A stretch of DNA of 60,576 bases from an uncultured Flavobacteriales bacterium (GTDB taxonomy: Bacteria; Bacteroidota; Bacteroidia; Flavobacteriales; BACL11). The translations under genes were made by a program, and so were the position numbers. The notes below the pieces were generated by a model. That model did no database searches and had not been told where the DNA came from. It saw nothing but the letters and a program-made list of their open reading frames with translations. The stretch lies in the NCBI GenBank assembly GCA_905478185.1, contig CAJQHO010000038.1, forward strand, positions 1 to 60,576, in the 5' to 3' direction. Below, in pieces: positions 8,610 to 17,173 of the stretch. How positions within the stretch are numbered: position 1 is the stretch's first letter; the number at the start of each line of letters is the position of its first letter.

Positions 8610-11600
8610 ATTATTTTCAGCATTTGAAGCTGTAAGCAAAAAGCAGTGGAAAGAAAAAATAATCAAAGATTCAAAAGGAGCAGATTATTCTGAAAAATTA
8701 ATTTCAGAAAATGAAGGTATTGCAATTCACCCAATCAATCATAAGGATGAAAACATAGATACTTTTAATTGTACTTTTCCTGAAAATTGGGAAGCTTACC
8801 AACTTATTGATGCAACAAATGCTGTTAAAGGAAATAAAAGAGCATTAGAAGCCCTGAATAATGATGTAAGTGGAATCTGCTTTTCAAACCCAAACAATCT
8901 TGCTATTTTATTGAAAGATATTAAGATTAAGCATATCAGAATTGATTTCAAAAACTATTCAGATGACTTTCCAAAAACATGGAAAGAATTTGTAAAAGGG
9001 GAAGAAACGAATGGAGCATTTCATGGAAAAACTAATGTATCAATTCCAAACTACCTAGATACAATTTTTGCCACAGGAGAAACTACAAAGCAACAAATTT
9101 TAAATGCTTTAGAGCAAGGAATCAAAAGCGACAAAATTAATCAATTCCATTTTGAAATAGGAAGTAGTTACTTCTTAGAAATTGCTAAAATCAAAGCATT
9201 TAGGATAATTTGGGAGCAAACAACTAGATCAGTTCCTTTTATTTTTTGCAGTTCATCTTTAAAGAACAAGGAAGATGAATTTCCATACAACAACATTTTA
9301 AGGAGCACTACAGAGTGCATGTCAGCTATTTTTGGAGGTGCTGATGCAATTATGATTAACTCTTACAATCAAAGCTTTGAAAACCCAACAGACTTCTCAG
9401 AAAGAATTGCAAGAAACCAGCAGACAATTCTTAGGAAAGAGAGCTATTTAGACAAAGTAAAAGACCCATCAAAAGGAGCATATTATATTGACTATTTAGT
9501 TGCAGAATTATTAAAAGATTTTGAATTAGAAACAGTTTCAAAAACTAAAAAATCAGCTACAGAAAAATGGGTAAGCCCTGAACAGATTGAGATAAAAAAT
9601 TCTTATACCAAAGAAGATATTTCAGAAACTGAGCATTTAAATTTTGTTGCAGGAATTGCTCCAAACTTAAGAGGTCCCTATTCAACTATGTATGTAATGC
9701 GACCTTGGACAATTAGACAATATGCTGGATTTTCTACTGCTGAAAAATCAAATGAGTTTTACAGGAAAAATTTAGCTGCCGGACAAAAAGGACTTTCAGT
9801 TGCCTTTGATTTAGCAACACACAGAGGGTATGATTCTGATCATGAAAGAGTAGTTGGAGATGTTGGTATGGCTGGGGTAGCAATTGATTCGGTTGAGGAT
9901 ATGAAGATTTTATTTGACCGAATACCATTGGATAAAATGTCCGTATCCATGACTATGAATGGAGCGGTATTACCGATACTAGCATTTTATATAGTTGCAG
10001 CAGAAGAACAAGGAGTAAGTTTAGGTCAACTATCTGGAACAATTCAGAATGATATTTTAAAGGAGTTTATGGTAAGGAATACTTACATCTACCCACCTAA
10101 ACAATCCATGAGAATAATTTCTGATATTTTTGAATACACTTCAAAAAACATGCCAAAATTCAACAGCATTTCAATTTCAGGTTATCATATGCAAGAGGCA
10201 GGTGCTACTGCTGATATTGAACTTGCTTACACTCTTGCTGACGGACTAGAATACATAAAAACAGGAATTGCAGCAGGAATGGGTATTGATTCATTTGCAC
10301 CTAGGATATCTTTCTTTTGGGGCATAGGAATGAATCATTTTATGGAGATTGCTAAAATGCGTGCAGCAAGAATGTTATGGGCAAAAATAGTTGCTGAATT
10401 TAAACCAAAAAACCCAAAATCATTAGCACTAAGAACTCATTGCCAAACAAGTGGGTGGAGCTTAATTGAACAAGATCCTTTCAATAATATTACAAGAACT
10501 TGTGTTGAAGCAATGGCTGCAGTAATGGGTGGAACGCAAAGTTTGCACACCAATGCACTAGATGAAGCGATAGCTTTACCAACTGATTTCTCTGCTAAAA
10601 TTGCTAGAGACACTCAAATATATCTTCAAAAAGAAACAGGAATTACAGCTACTGTTGACCCATGGGGAGGGTCTTACTATGTAGAAAAACTTACAGAAGA
10701 AATTTCGCAAAAAGCTTGGAAACACATACAAGAAATAGAAGAACTGGGAGGTATGGCTAGAGCTATAGAAACTGGAATTCCAAAAATGAGAATTGAACAA
10801 TCAGCTGCAAGAAAACAAGCTAGAATTGATAGCGGAAAAGATACTATTGTTGGTGTAAATACTAATAAATTATCAAAAGAGGATAGTAATTTAGAAATCC
10901 TAGAAGTAGATAACACTGCTGTTAGAAAATCACAAATTGATAGAATAAATAACATTAAAGGCACAAGAAATACTAAAAAAGTAAAGACTGCCTTAAACGA
11001 ACTTACGGCTGCTTGCAACAATACTAATGCTAATCTACTTGAGCTTGCAGTAGTTGCAGCAGAAAATAGAGCTACACTAGGTGAAATCTCAGATGCATTA
11101 GAAGTTAGCTTTGGAAGATACACTGCAAAAAACCAAACAATATCAGGAGTATATAAAATGGAAATACAAAATAATGACACTTTTAAAAAGGCTTTAGCAT
11201 TATCAGATAAGTTTGCTGCACAAAAAGGAAGAAGACCTAGAATAATGGTTGCGAAAATGGGGCAAGATGGGCATGATAGAGGGGCAAAAGTAGTAGCTAC
11301 TTCTTTTGCTGATATTGGGTTTGATGTTGATGTGGGACCTTTATTCCAAACACCAGAAGAGGTTGCAAAACAAGCAGTTGAAAATGATGTTCATATTCTA
11401 GGAATTTCATCATTAGCAGCAGGACACAAAACATTAGTACCACAAGTTATTGCTGCATTAAAAAAATACGGTCGTGAAGACATTTTAGTAATTGTTGGAG
11501 GGGTAATTCCTCAACATGATCATGAATTTCTCTTTAAATCTGGGGTAAGCAATGTTTTTGGACCAGGAAGTATTATTGCAGAATCAGCAATTAATATCCT

Positions 11601-11619
11601 TAAAAAGTTAATACAGTAA
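8602..11619 (+). CDS. Methylmalonyl-CoA mutase: fused MutA-like N-terminal domain, MutB catalytic barrel and B12-binding domain
   Basis: Residues from about 320 carry [26 protein letters not shown] and the B12 site [11 protein letters not shown]. The N-terminal ~320 aa is a degenerate paralogue of the barrel ([16 protein letters not shown]...SERIARNQQ vs [17 protein letters not shown]...SAKIARDTQ). Confidence 0.9.
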   Translation: MTKLFSAFEAVSKKQWKEKIIKDSKGADYSEKLISENEGIAIHPINHKDENIDTFNCTFPENWEAYQLIDATNAVKGNKRALEALNNDVSGICFSNPNNLAILLKDIKIKHIRIDFKNYSDDFPKTWKEFVKGEETNGAFHGKTNVSIPNYLDTIFATGETTKQQILNALEQGIKSDKINQFHFEIGSSYFLEIAKIKAFRIIWEQTTRSVPFIFCSSSLKNKEDEFPYNNILRSTTECMSAIFGGADAIMINSYNQSFENPTDFSERIARNQQTILRKESYLDKVKDPSKGAYYIDYLVAELLKDFELETVSKTKKSATEKWVSPEQIEIKNSYTKEDISETEHLNFVAGIAPNLRGPYSTMYVMRPWTIRQYAGFSTAEKSNEFYRKNLAAGQKGLSVAFDLATHRGYDSDHERVVGDVGMAGVAIDSVEDMKILFDRIPLDKMSVSMTMNGAVLPILAFYIVAAEEQGVSLGQLSGTIQNDILKEFMVRNTYIYPPKQSMRIISDIFEYTSKNMPKFNSISISGYHMQEAGATADIELAYTLADGLEYIKTGIAAGMGIDSFAPRISFFWGIGMNHFMEIAKMRAARMLWAKIVAEFKPKNPKSLALRTHCQTSGWSLIEQDPFNNITRTCVEAMAAVMGGTQSLHTNALDEAIALPTDFSAKIARDTQIYLQKETGITATVDPWGGSYYVEKLTEEISQKAWKHIQEIEELGGMARAIETGIPKMRIEQSAARKQARIDSGKDTIVGVNTNKLSKEDSNLEILEVDNTAVRKSQIDRINNIKGTRNTKKVKTALNELTAACNNTNANLLELAVVAAENRATLGEISDALEVSFGRYTAKNQTISGVYKMEIQNNDTFKKALALSDKFAAQKGRRPRIMVAKMGQDGHDRGAKVVATSFADIGFDVDVGPLFQTPEEVAKQAVENDVHILGISSLAAGHKTLVPQVIAALKKYGREDILVIVGGVIPQHDHEFLFKSGVSNVFGPGSIIAESAINILKKLIQ

Positions 11620-11624
11620 AGCAA

Positions 11625-12632
11625 TTAGTTTAAAGTTAGATCTTCACATTTTTTTGTTAGAAAACGATAATTTACACCAACTGTAAACTGATTCTGAGAA
11701 CCAATTTGTGTTCCGTTAAGATACTGATATAATGGGATCTCAGATGTAGCATATACAGTTAATCCATTTTTAGAATAACTTAATTGAGGAATAAAAAACC
11801 ATTTCTTGCTTCCTGTAGATTCAGGAGTAATTGAATACTCCAAAAGGTCCCATTCTTCAATATTATTAGCTACTTTTATTTGATCAATCTTCTCAGCTTT
11901 TAGTTGAGCAGTGACTCCCCATCTATAAAAAAAGGTTTTAGATGCAAAAAATCCAACACTAGTATAATCACCATATTTTATACCTAATGAATTGTATCCT
12001 TTCTTAACATATAATGAACTTATAAAAAGACGTAATTTACTTTTCTGATACTCTCTGAAAAAGAAAGAATTAAACATCAAATCTTGAGATCCATTTGTTG
12101 TTTGTAACATAGGAGGATTCATCTGATAATTATCTATACCATAAGACCCTAAATTTGTAGTGTCATTATGAGAACCTAAAGGTATCTTTAAGCCTAATCC
12201 TATTACTACAGCAGTACGTTTAAAATTAGCAGTCTTATTATAAATACTATATCTAGGAAAAATAATTAAGTCCCCCACTCCATTAGAAGAAATAGTATCG
12301 GAATTATCTTTTCCAATTTTTGATTTATCTAAGAAATAACCACTTGCAACAGATAAGGTTAATTTTTTACTTAAACCATAATCAACTCTAAAAAACAAAT
12401 AGTCACTGTTTAAATTATTAAATAGTGAATTAGTATCTCGATTTGCAGCAAAAAATTTGTTTGAGGAATTATTTTGATAATTGATAGAAATCTCCATTTG
12501 ATTCTCTTGCAACACTCCAGTTGCAGCACCTCCTGCTATAGGACTTCCTGCTCCACCTGAACAACATCCTTGAGCAAAAGTATTACTATTGATTATTAGA
12601 AGCGATATAACAGTAAATAAGAATAATCGCAT
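11625..12632 (-). CDS. Outer-membrane beta-barrel protein with N-terminal GCCSGG motif
   Basis: Signal peptide, then mature N-terminus QGCCSGGAGSPIAGGAATG, alternating beta-strand pattern and a C-terminal ...VGVNYRF-like strand. Start chosen at MRLFLF; the track start is 12653. Confidence 0.6.
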   Translation of the reverse strand: MRLFLFTVISLLIINSNTFAQGCCSGGAGSPIAGGAATGVLQENQMEISINYQNNSSNKFFAANRDTNSLFNNLNSDYLFFRVDYGLSKKLTLSVASGYFLDKSKIGKDNSDTISSNGVGDLIIFPRYSIYNKTANFKRTAVVIGLGLKIPLGSHNDTTNLGSYGIDNYQMNPPMLQTTNGSQDLMFNSFFFREYQKSKLRLFISSLYVKKGYNSLGIKYGDYTSVGFFASKTFFYRWGVTAQLKAEKIDQIKVANNIEEWDLLEYSITPESTGSKKWFFIPQLSYSKNGLTVYATSEIPLYQYLNGTQIGSQNQFTVGVNYRFLTKKCEDLTLN

Positions 12633-12636
12633 AAAT

Positions 12637-13425
12637 TTAATGAGACACCACAAATGGTATGCTTTCTACAATTATTTCAGAAGAAATTTTCAGAAAATAA
12701 TTTCCATTATTTAATGTGCTAACATTGATAGATTTGATTAGTTTCTCTGTTGAAGAAGATGAATTATCTTCAATTGATAGAACTACTTTTCCTAGGACAT
12801 CAACTATAGAGAAATTAATAATAGCAGATTGATTTCTTCTGTATGATACATTAAGCACATTAGTAACTGGGTTCGGGTAAGTTGAGACCTCAAACAACTC
12901 ATTGCTTACAGATTGCTCAACTGCTAATGGAGCTGAAAGAGCGTCACTTATAGCTGTTTGCACAGCTGGAAAGTTAATCTTATTATCATTTTCATTATAA
13001 TAAATATGATGATCACTACCTCCTAAAACAACTACCTTAGGCATTCCATTACTACCATAGTCAGACATACTTATAGCAATGTCAGAAAAAGCAGTATTTA
13101 AAGGCATACTATTAGAATTTCCCCAATTAACTAAAGTAGGGCAAGCTGTGTTAGCATAATCATCAACTAAATAAAAATCTACTTGACCTGGATGACTAGA
13201 TGCAAATGATTGAACTGCAGCATAAGCCGGAAGTGTATATGTAGCACAGGGACCACATGGCATAACCCATGAAATAACAATTATATTTCCAGCATCAAGA
13301 TCATTAAACAAGTTATGTGTCACTCCATTACAGTCATCTGCAGTGAAATCAGTAGCAGTAGTTTGAGCAAAGTTAATAGCTATACTAAAACAAACTAAGG
13401 CATTAATAAGTAATATTCTTTTCAT
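12637..13425 (-). CDS. T9SS-sorted thioredoxin-fold protein (CGPC motif)
   Basis: Signal peptide. IIVISWVMPCGPCA is a thioredoxin/TlpA-like redox motif. The C-terminal ~80 aa resemble a T9SS type-A sorting domain (YPNPVTNVLNV...NGNYFLKI). Confidence 0.7.
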   Translation of the reverse strand: MKRILLINALVCFSIAINFAQTTATDFTADDCNGVTHNLFNDLDAGNIIVISWVMPCGPCATYTLPAYAAVQSFASSHPGQVDFYLVDDYANTACPTLVNWGNSNSMPLNTAFSDIAISMSDYGSNGMPKVVVLGGSDHHIYYNENDNKINFPAVQTAISDALSAPLAVEQSVSNELFEVSTYPNPVTNVLNVSYRRNQSAIINFSIVDVLGKVVLSIEDNSSSSTEKLIKSINVSTLNNGNYFLKISSEIIVESIPFVVSH

Positions 13426-13438
13426 AATTTTTTATTTG

Positions 13439-13783
13439 TTATTCTTCTTCTTTAAATTCAAGGTGCTGACAACATGAAGGTAACTTATCATGAGCTTTCT
13501 TATTTCCCTTAACATCATCAGCATTATATCCTATTGAGGAGATTACTTGTCTTAGTTTATCTATATCTGTTTTCTTTGTTTTGAAAGATACTGTAAGTAT
13601 ACCGGTCTCGATCTCTAGGTCTACTGCTGTTACACCTCTGGTAAATTGCATCTCCTCTTCTATTTTTTCTTTACAACATAACATATCAACACATGGTGCA
13701 GAAGTCAGAATCTTTACTGTTTCTTTCTGTGCCCAAGCATTTATTGTTAGAATGCTTAATAAGGCAATGATTAGTTTCTTCAA
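13439..13783 (-). CDS. Periplasmic heavy-metal-associated (HMA) domain protein with non-canonical Cys motifs
   Basis: Signal peptide and a beta-alpha-beta-beta-alpha-beta HMA-like layout. PCVDMLCC replaces the canonical MxCxxC; extra C-terminal PSCCQH. Confidence 0.65.
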   Translation of the reverse strand: MKKLIIALLSILTINAWAQKETVKILTSAPCVDMLCCKEKIEEEMQFTRGVTAVDLEIETGILTVSFKTKKTDIDKLRQVISSIGYNADDVKGNKKAHDKLPSCCQHLEFKEEE

Positions 13784-13802
13784 TTTATTATTTCTTTAAT
13801 TA

Positions 13803-16007
13803 TTATTTAATTTTATATCTAAGCCCTGCATAAATTAATCTACCCATAACTGGAGCATAAATTAATGATGCATCAAAAACTTTTGATTTAGGATTTTCAG
13901 CATTAATTATTGGATTTTCATGCATCTCGCTTAATAAATTCTCCCCTCCTAAATACACGTCAAACTTACGAAACTTTTTTGTTACTTGGGCATTATACAA
14001 ATAAAAAGGATTAGAAAAATCCTCAGCAACAAGAATTTGATTTTTATCTTTATGAACAGGAACTCTACTTTCCCCAACATAATTTGCAGTTACATCAAAC
14101 ACCCATTTATCAAAGTTAGTAGCGTATGAGATATTAAACAATCCTCTATTCTTAGGTGTTAATGGTGCTGTTTTATCATTACCTCTAAAAGTAGTTCTAA
14201 CATCATTAATCTTGTAAGCCATCTTAACATCAAAACGATCGAATAATTCATATACCAGATCAAACTGCATACTATTAGCATAAGAAGTACCCTCTAAATT
14301 AGAAAAGGATAACTCGCCAGGAGTCTCTATATCAACAACTATTTTATTTTCAAATTCTGTTCTATAAGCATCAGCATTAAATGTACCTTCTCTACCAAAC
14401 AGCTTAAAGCAATGAGTTAAATTCGCACCATAATTCCATGCAATCTCTGGCTTTAAATCATCTGCAATTTCAATAGTTCTTGAAGATGCTAAAAAAGATG
14501 CATTTTCAACAAGTACATTAGCTATTCTGAATGCTTTACCTGCCGAAAAACGAATTGCAGTACTCTCTGATGGATTGTACTTCATATTTAATCTTGGCAA
14601 GTAATTTACTTCTTCCGTTTTGTTGTAATAATCACCCCTTACACCTGCAACTAAATTAAAACTCTCACCCCACTTATATGCATATTCCGAGAAGAATCCA
14701 CTCACTAAATCGGTTCTGATTCTACCAGAAAGTGGTGAATTAATTCTACCAGAAAAACTTTCAGTATATCTATCGGTATAATTACTAATACCATACTTTA
14801 ATTTATGATTTGTAGTAGCTATATAAGTTTGTCTGATAAAATTAAAATAAGCGCTTTCTTGCAAACCTTTATAGTTGTTATTTCCAAAAATAGCTGTTTG
14901 ATTATGTCTTCTGAAGGAAGTTTGAAGTCCCATACTTTTACCAGGAGTACTAGGTAATATTGCTCCAGTTTTTGAAGTAAACTCTATCAAATCATTATGA
15001 ATATTTACTTCAAAAGGATTAGTAGCACTTTCTTTACCACCTATCCTATCTTCTACCAAAACCCTTCCTGTAAGTCCAATATGATATTTTGCACTTGCAT
15101 AGTCCCATCTGTTCAGTACATTTATCTGATTAGTCCTTGGCATATCTAAAAAGCCATCTTTATTATTATCTACTTTTCTATCAAAATAAGAAATATGCGT
15201 AAATAAATTACTTGTCCATTTCCCTGATTTTTTAGCAAATAATAAATTATTTTCAAGTTTACCTTCTGAGTTTGTGTAAGCATTCCAAAATAATTTTGGT
15301 GCTGTTTTCGGTTTATAGTACTCTAAATTAATCTGTCCTGCAAAGGATTCAAAACCATTTACAACTGATCCTGCACCTTTAATTATCTGAATAGATTCTA
15401 TCCATGTACCAGGCACATAACTTAAACCATAAGTTGATGTCATACCTCTAATTAATGGAATATTCTCTTGTGTTATTTGAGTATAAACTCCATCTAAACC
15501 CAACATCTGAATTTTTTTAGCCCCACTTACCGCATCAGTAAAATTAACATCAACAGTAGCGTTAGTACTAAAACTTTCTGATAAATTACAACAAGCTGCT
15601 TTCTCTAACTCTCCAGTTGAAAGGGTTTGCATATTTATTGTGTTTATAGTAGAAAACTTAGTAGTATTTAACTTACCCTTAACTTTTACTTCACCTAGTT
15701 CTACTGATGGCTTTAGGTAAATATGATAATGACTCCATTCAGTTATTTCTTGGCTGTAAGCTTGGTAACCCACATAACTAACAACCATAGTTGATGGATA
15801 TTTTTCAGGAGAAGGGATTAAGTAGTAACCTTCTGAGTTTGTAGCAACACCTATTGTTGTACCTTCCCAATAAACATTAGCTCCAGGAATACTAACCTCA
15901 CTACCATCTTGAAGTTGCTCTACAACTCTCCCTTTTATTTTTTTTTCTTGTGCTTTTGTATTTGTTGCTGCAATAAGCACCATTGCAATCAATAGTATCT
16001 TCTTCAT
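13803..16007 (-). CDS. TonB-dependent receptor with N-terminal carboxypeptidase-regulatory-like domain
   Basis: Signal peptide, a CarbopepD_reg-like segment (KGRVV...PGANVYW...SEGYY), a plug (IESIQIIKGAGSVVNG) and a beta-barrel ending in LRYKIK. No SusD partner. Confidence 0.9.
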   Translation of the reverse strand: MKKILLIAMVLIAATNTKAQEKKIKGRVVEQLQDGSEVSIPGANVYWEGTTIGVATNSEGYYLIPSPEKYPSTMVVSYVGYQAYSQEITEWSHYHIYLKPSVELGEVKVKGKLNTTKFSTINTINMQTLSTGELEKAACCNLSESFSTNATVDVNFTDAVSGAKKIQMLGLDGVYTQITQENIPLIRGMTSTYGLSYVPGTWIESIQIIKGAGSVVNGFESFAGQINLEYYKPKTAPKLFWNAYTNSEGKLENNLLFAKKSGKWTSNLFTHISYFDRKVDNNKDGFLDMPRTNQINVLNRWDYASAKYHIGLTGRVLVEDRIGGKESATNPFEVNIHNDLIEFTSKTGAILPSTPGKSMGLQTSFRRHNQTAIFGNNNYKGLQESAYFNFIRQTYIATTNHKLKYGISNYTDRYTESFSGRINSPLSGRIRTDLVSGFFSEYAYKWGESFNLVAGVRGDYYNKTEEVNYLPRLNMKYNPSESTAIRFSAGKAFRIANVLVENASFLASSRTIEIADDLKPEIAWNYGANLTHCFKLFGREGTFNADAYRTEFENKIVVDIETPGELSFSNLEGTSYANSMQFDLVYELFDRFDVKMAYKINDVRTTFRGNDKTAPLTPKNRGLFNISYATNFDKWVFDVTANYVGESRVPVHKDKNQILVAEDFSNPFYLYNAQVTKKFRKFDVYLGGENLLSEMHENPIINAENPKSKVFDASLIYAPVMGRLIYAGLRYKIK

Positions 16008-16022
16008 TTTTTAATATTTAGA

Positions 16023-16050
16023 TTATTATTCAGTTTGTTTACTGAATAAT
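16023..16050 (-). promoter_or_regulatory. 11-bp perfect inverted repeat between the Cys-rich membrane protein gene and the TonB-dependent receptor gene
   Basis: TATTATTCAGT (16023-16033) / ACTGAATAATA (16040-16050) with a 6-nt spacer. No U-run follows on the minus-strand RNA, so it is not a canonical terminator. Confidence 0.4.
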
Positions 16051-16053
16051 ATC

Positions 16054-16506
16054 TTATAATAAAAATGACTGTATATGAGATAAAACAGGTTTATTTAGCT
16101 TTGGTGGAGGTATTCCACTTTGAAAATTATTTGAAATTTTTGAGATATAAAATACATCAGAACAAATAATATTAATTATCGGGTGTACTAAGAGTGAAAA
16201 ATCATAATTAGAAAAAGAAATAATGGTTTCAAAATCAAAATGCACTAATTCTGTTTCGCTAGCACAAGATTTATCTTCTGTTTCCGGGCAGCAAGCTTTT
16301 TCAATCTCTAACATACAGCATGTTACTTTCTTCTGCACCTGTTCACACTGAACTTCTTTTTCTTGGCTACAAGAAGGAACTTCACTTCCTAAATAAATAG
16401 CACCACCTTCTGCACATTTCATTTTTGAAATATTTAATCCCATTGACAATAGCATAGTAAATATTGCCAAAGGTATAAAGATGATATTTTTAATAATCCA
16501 TTTCAT
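16054..16506 (-). CDS. Cys-rich membrane-anchored protein (possibly HYC_CC_PP-type family)
   Basis: One N-terminal TM segment, then KCAEGG, CSQEKEVQCEQVQKKVTCCMLEIEKACCPE..SCASE and a C-terminal GIPPPK. The family name is from memory only. Start chosen at the second MKW; the track start is 16542. Confidence 0.5.
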   Translation of the reverse strand: MKWIIKNIIFIPLAIFTMLLSMGLNISKMKCAEGGAIYLGSEVPSCSQEKEVQCEQVQKKVTCCMLEIEKACCPETEDKSCASETELVHFDFETIISFSNYDFSLLVHPIINIICSDVFYISKISNNFQSGIPPPKLNKPVLSHIQSFLL

Positions 16507-16569
16507 TTCAATCGCAAAGATACTGAAATTTAACCACTTCAAAACATATTGCTTTTAAATCTTATCTAT

Positions 16570-17172
16570 TCAATCTCTTTTAAATAGTGAAATAGTAAAA
16601 TTTTGAGTAGTTGTAAAAGGGGTAAAATGATCTTTCTTAAAAGAATCGATAACAGTTAAAGAACCTTTAAATTGACTTTTCAAGTCTAATTCAGAATATT
16701 TGCAAATTTCCAAACCACTACATTTATTTGGACCATCATCTGAGAAGGTAGCTAACAACATATAACCAGAAATAGCATAATTCACTAATTTTTTATAGTT
16801 ATTTTTATCTATCTCGGTTGTTAGAAAATGAAATACTGCTCTATCATGCCAAATATCATATTTATCTATTGGCTCAAATTCAGTTATATCAGAAACAATC
16901 CACTTTACTTTATTTGAATCTTTTCCAAGTCTTTCTTTTGCTCTTTTAATTGCATTCTTTGAAATATCCAACACAGTAATATTGATATAACCTAACTTAA
17001 GTAAATGATCAACCAAAAAACCATCTCCTCCACCAATATCAATAATAGATGCATCTTTTTTTAATCTTAATGATGCTATTAAATCCAGAGAAGTCTGTGG
17101 CACTTCCTGAAACCAAGAAACCTCTTTCATTCCCTTGGTAGCATAAATATTGTCCCAATGTTTTTTACTCAT
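16570..17172 (-). CDS. Class I SAM-dependent methyltransferase
   Basis: SAM motif I IIDIGGGDGF followed by VLDIS. Start at MSKKHWDNIY, 1 nt after the upstream stop; the track start at 17247 overlaps the upstream gene. Confidence 0.8.
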   Translation of the reverse strand: MSKKHWDNIYATKGMKEVSWFQEVPQTSLDLIASLRLKKDASIIDIGGGDGFLVDHLLKLGYINITVLDISKNAIKRAKERLGKDSNKVKWIVSDITEFEPIDKYDIWHDRAVFHFLTTEIDKNNYKKLVNYAISGYMLLATFSDDGPNKCSGLEICKYSELDLKSQFKGSLTVIDSFKKDHFTPFTTTQNFTISLFKRD

Positions 17173-17173
17173 T

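Noticed and set aside
10576-11180. Antisense ORFs of 167 aa and 74 aa inside the methylmalonyl-CoA mutase gene
   Set aside because: They lie opposite a strongly supported CDS. The products are Ser/Leu/Phe-rich and low-complexity, with no motifs. This is typical of stop-poor antisense frames in AT-rich coding DNA.
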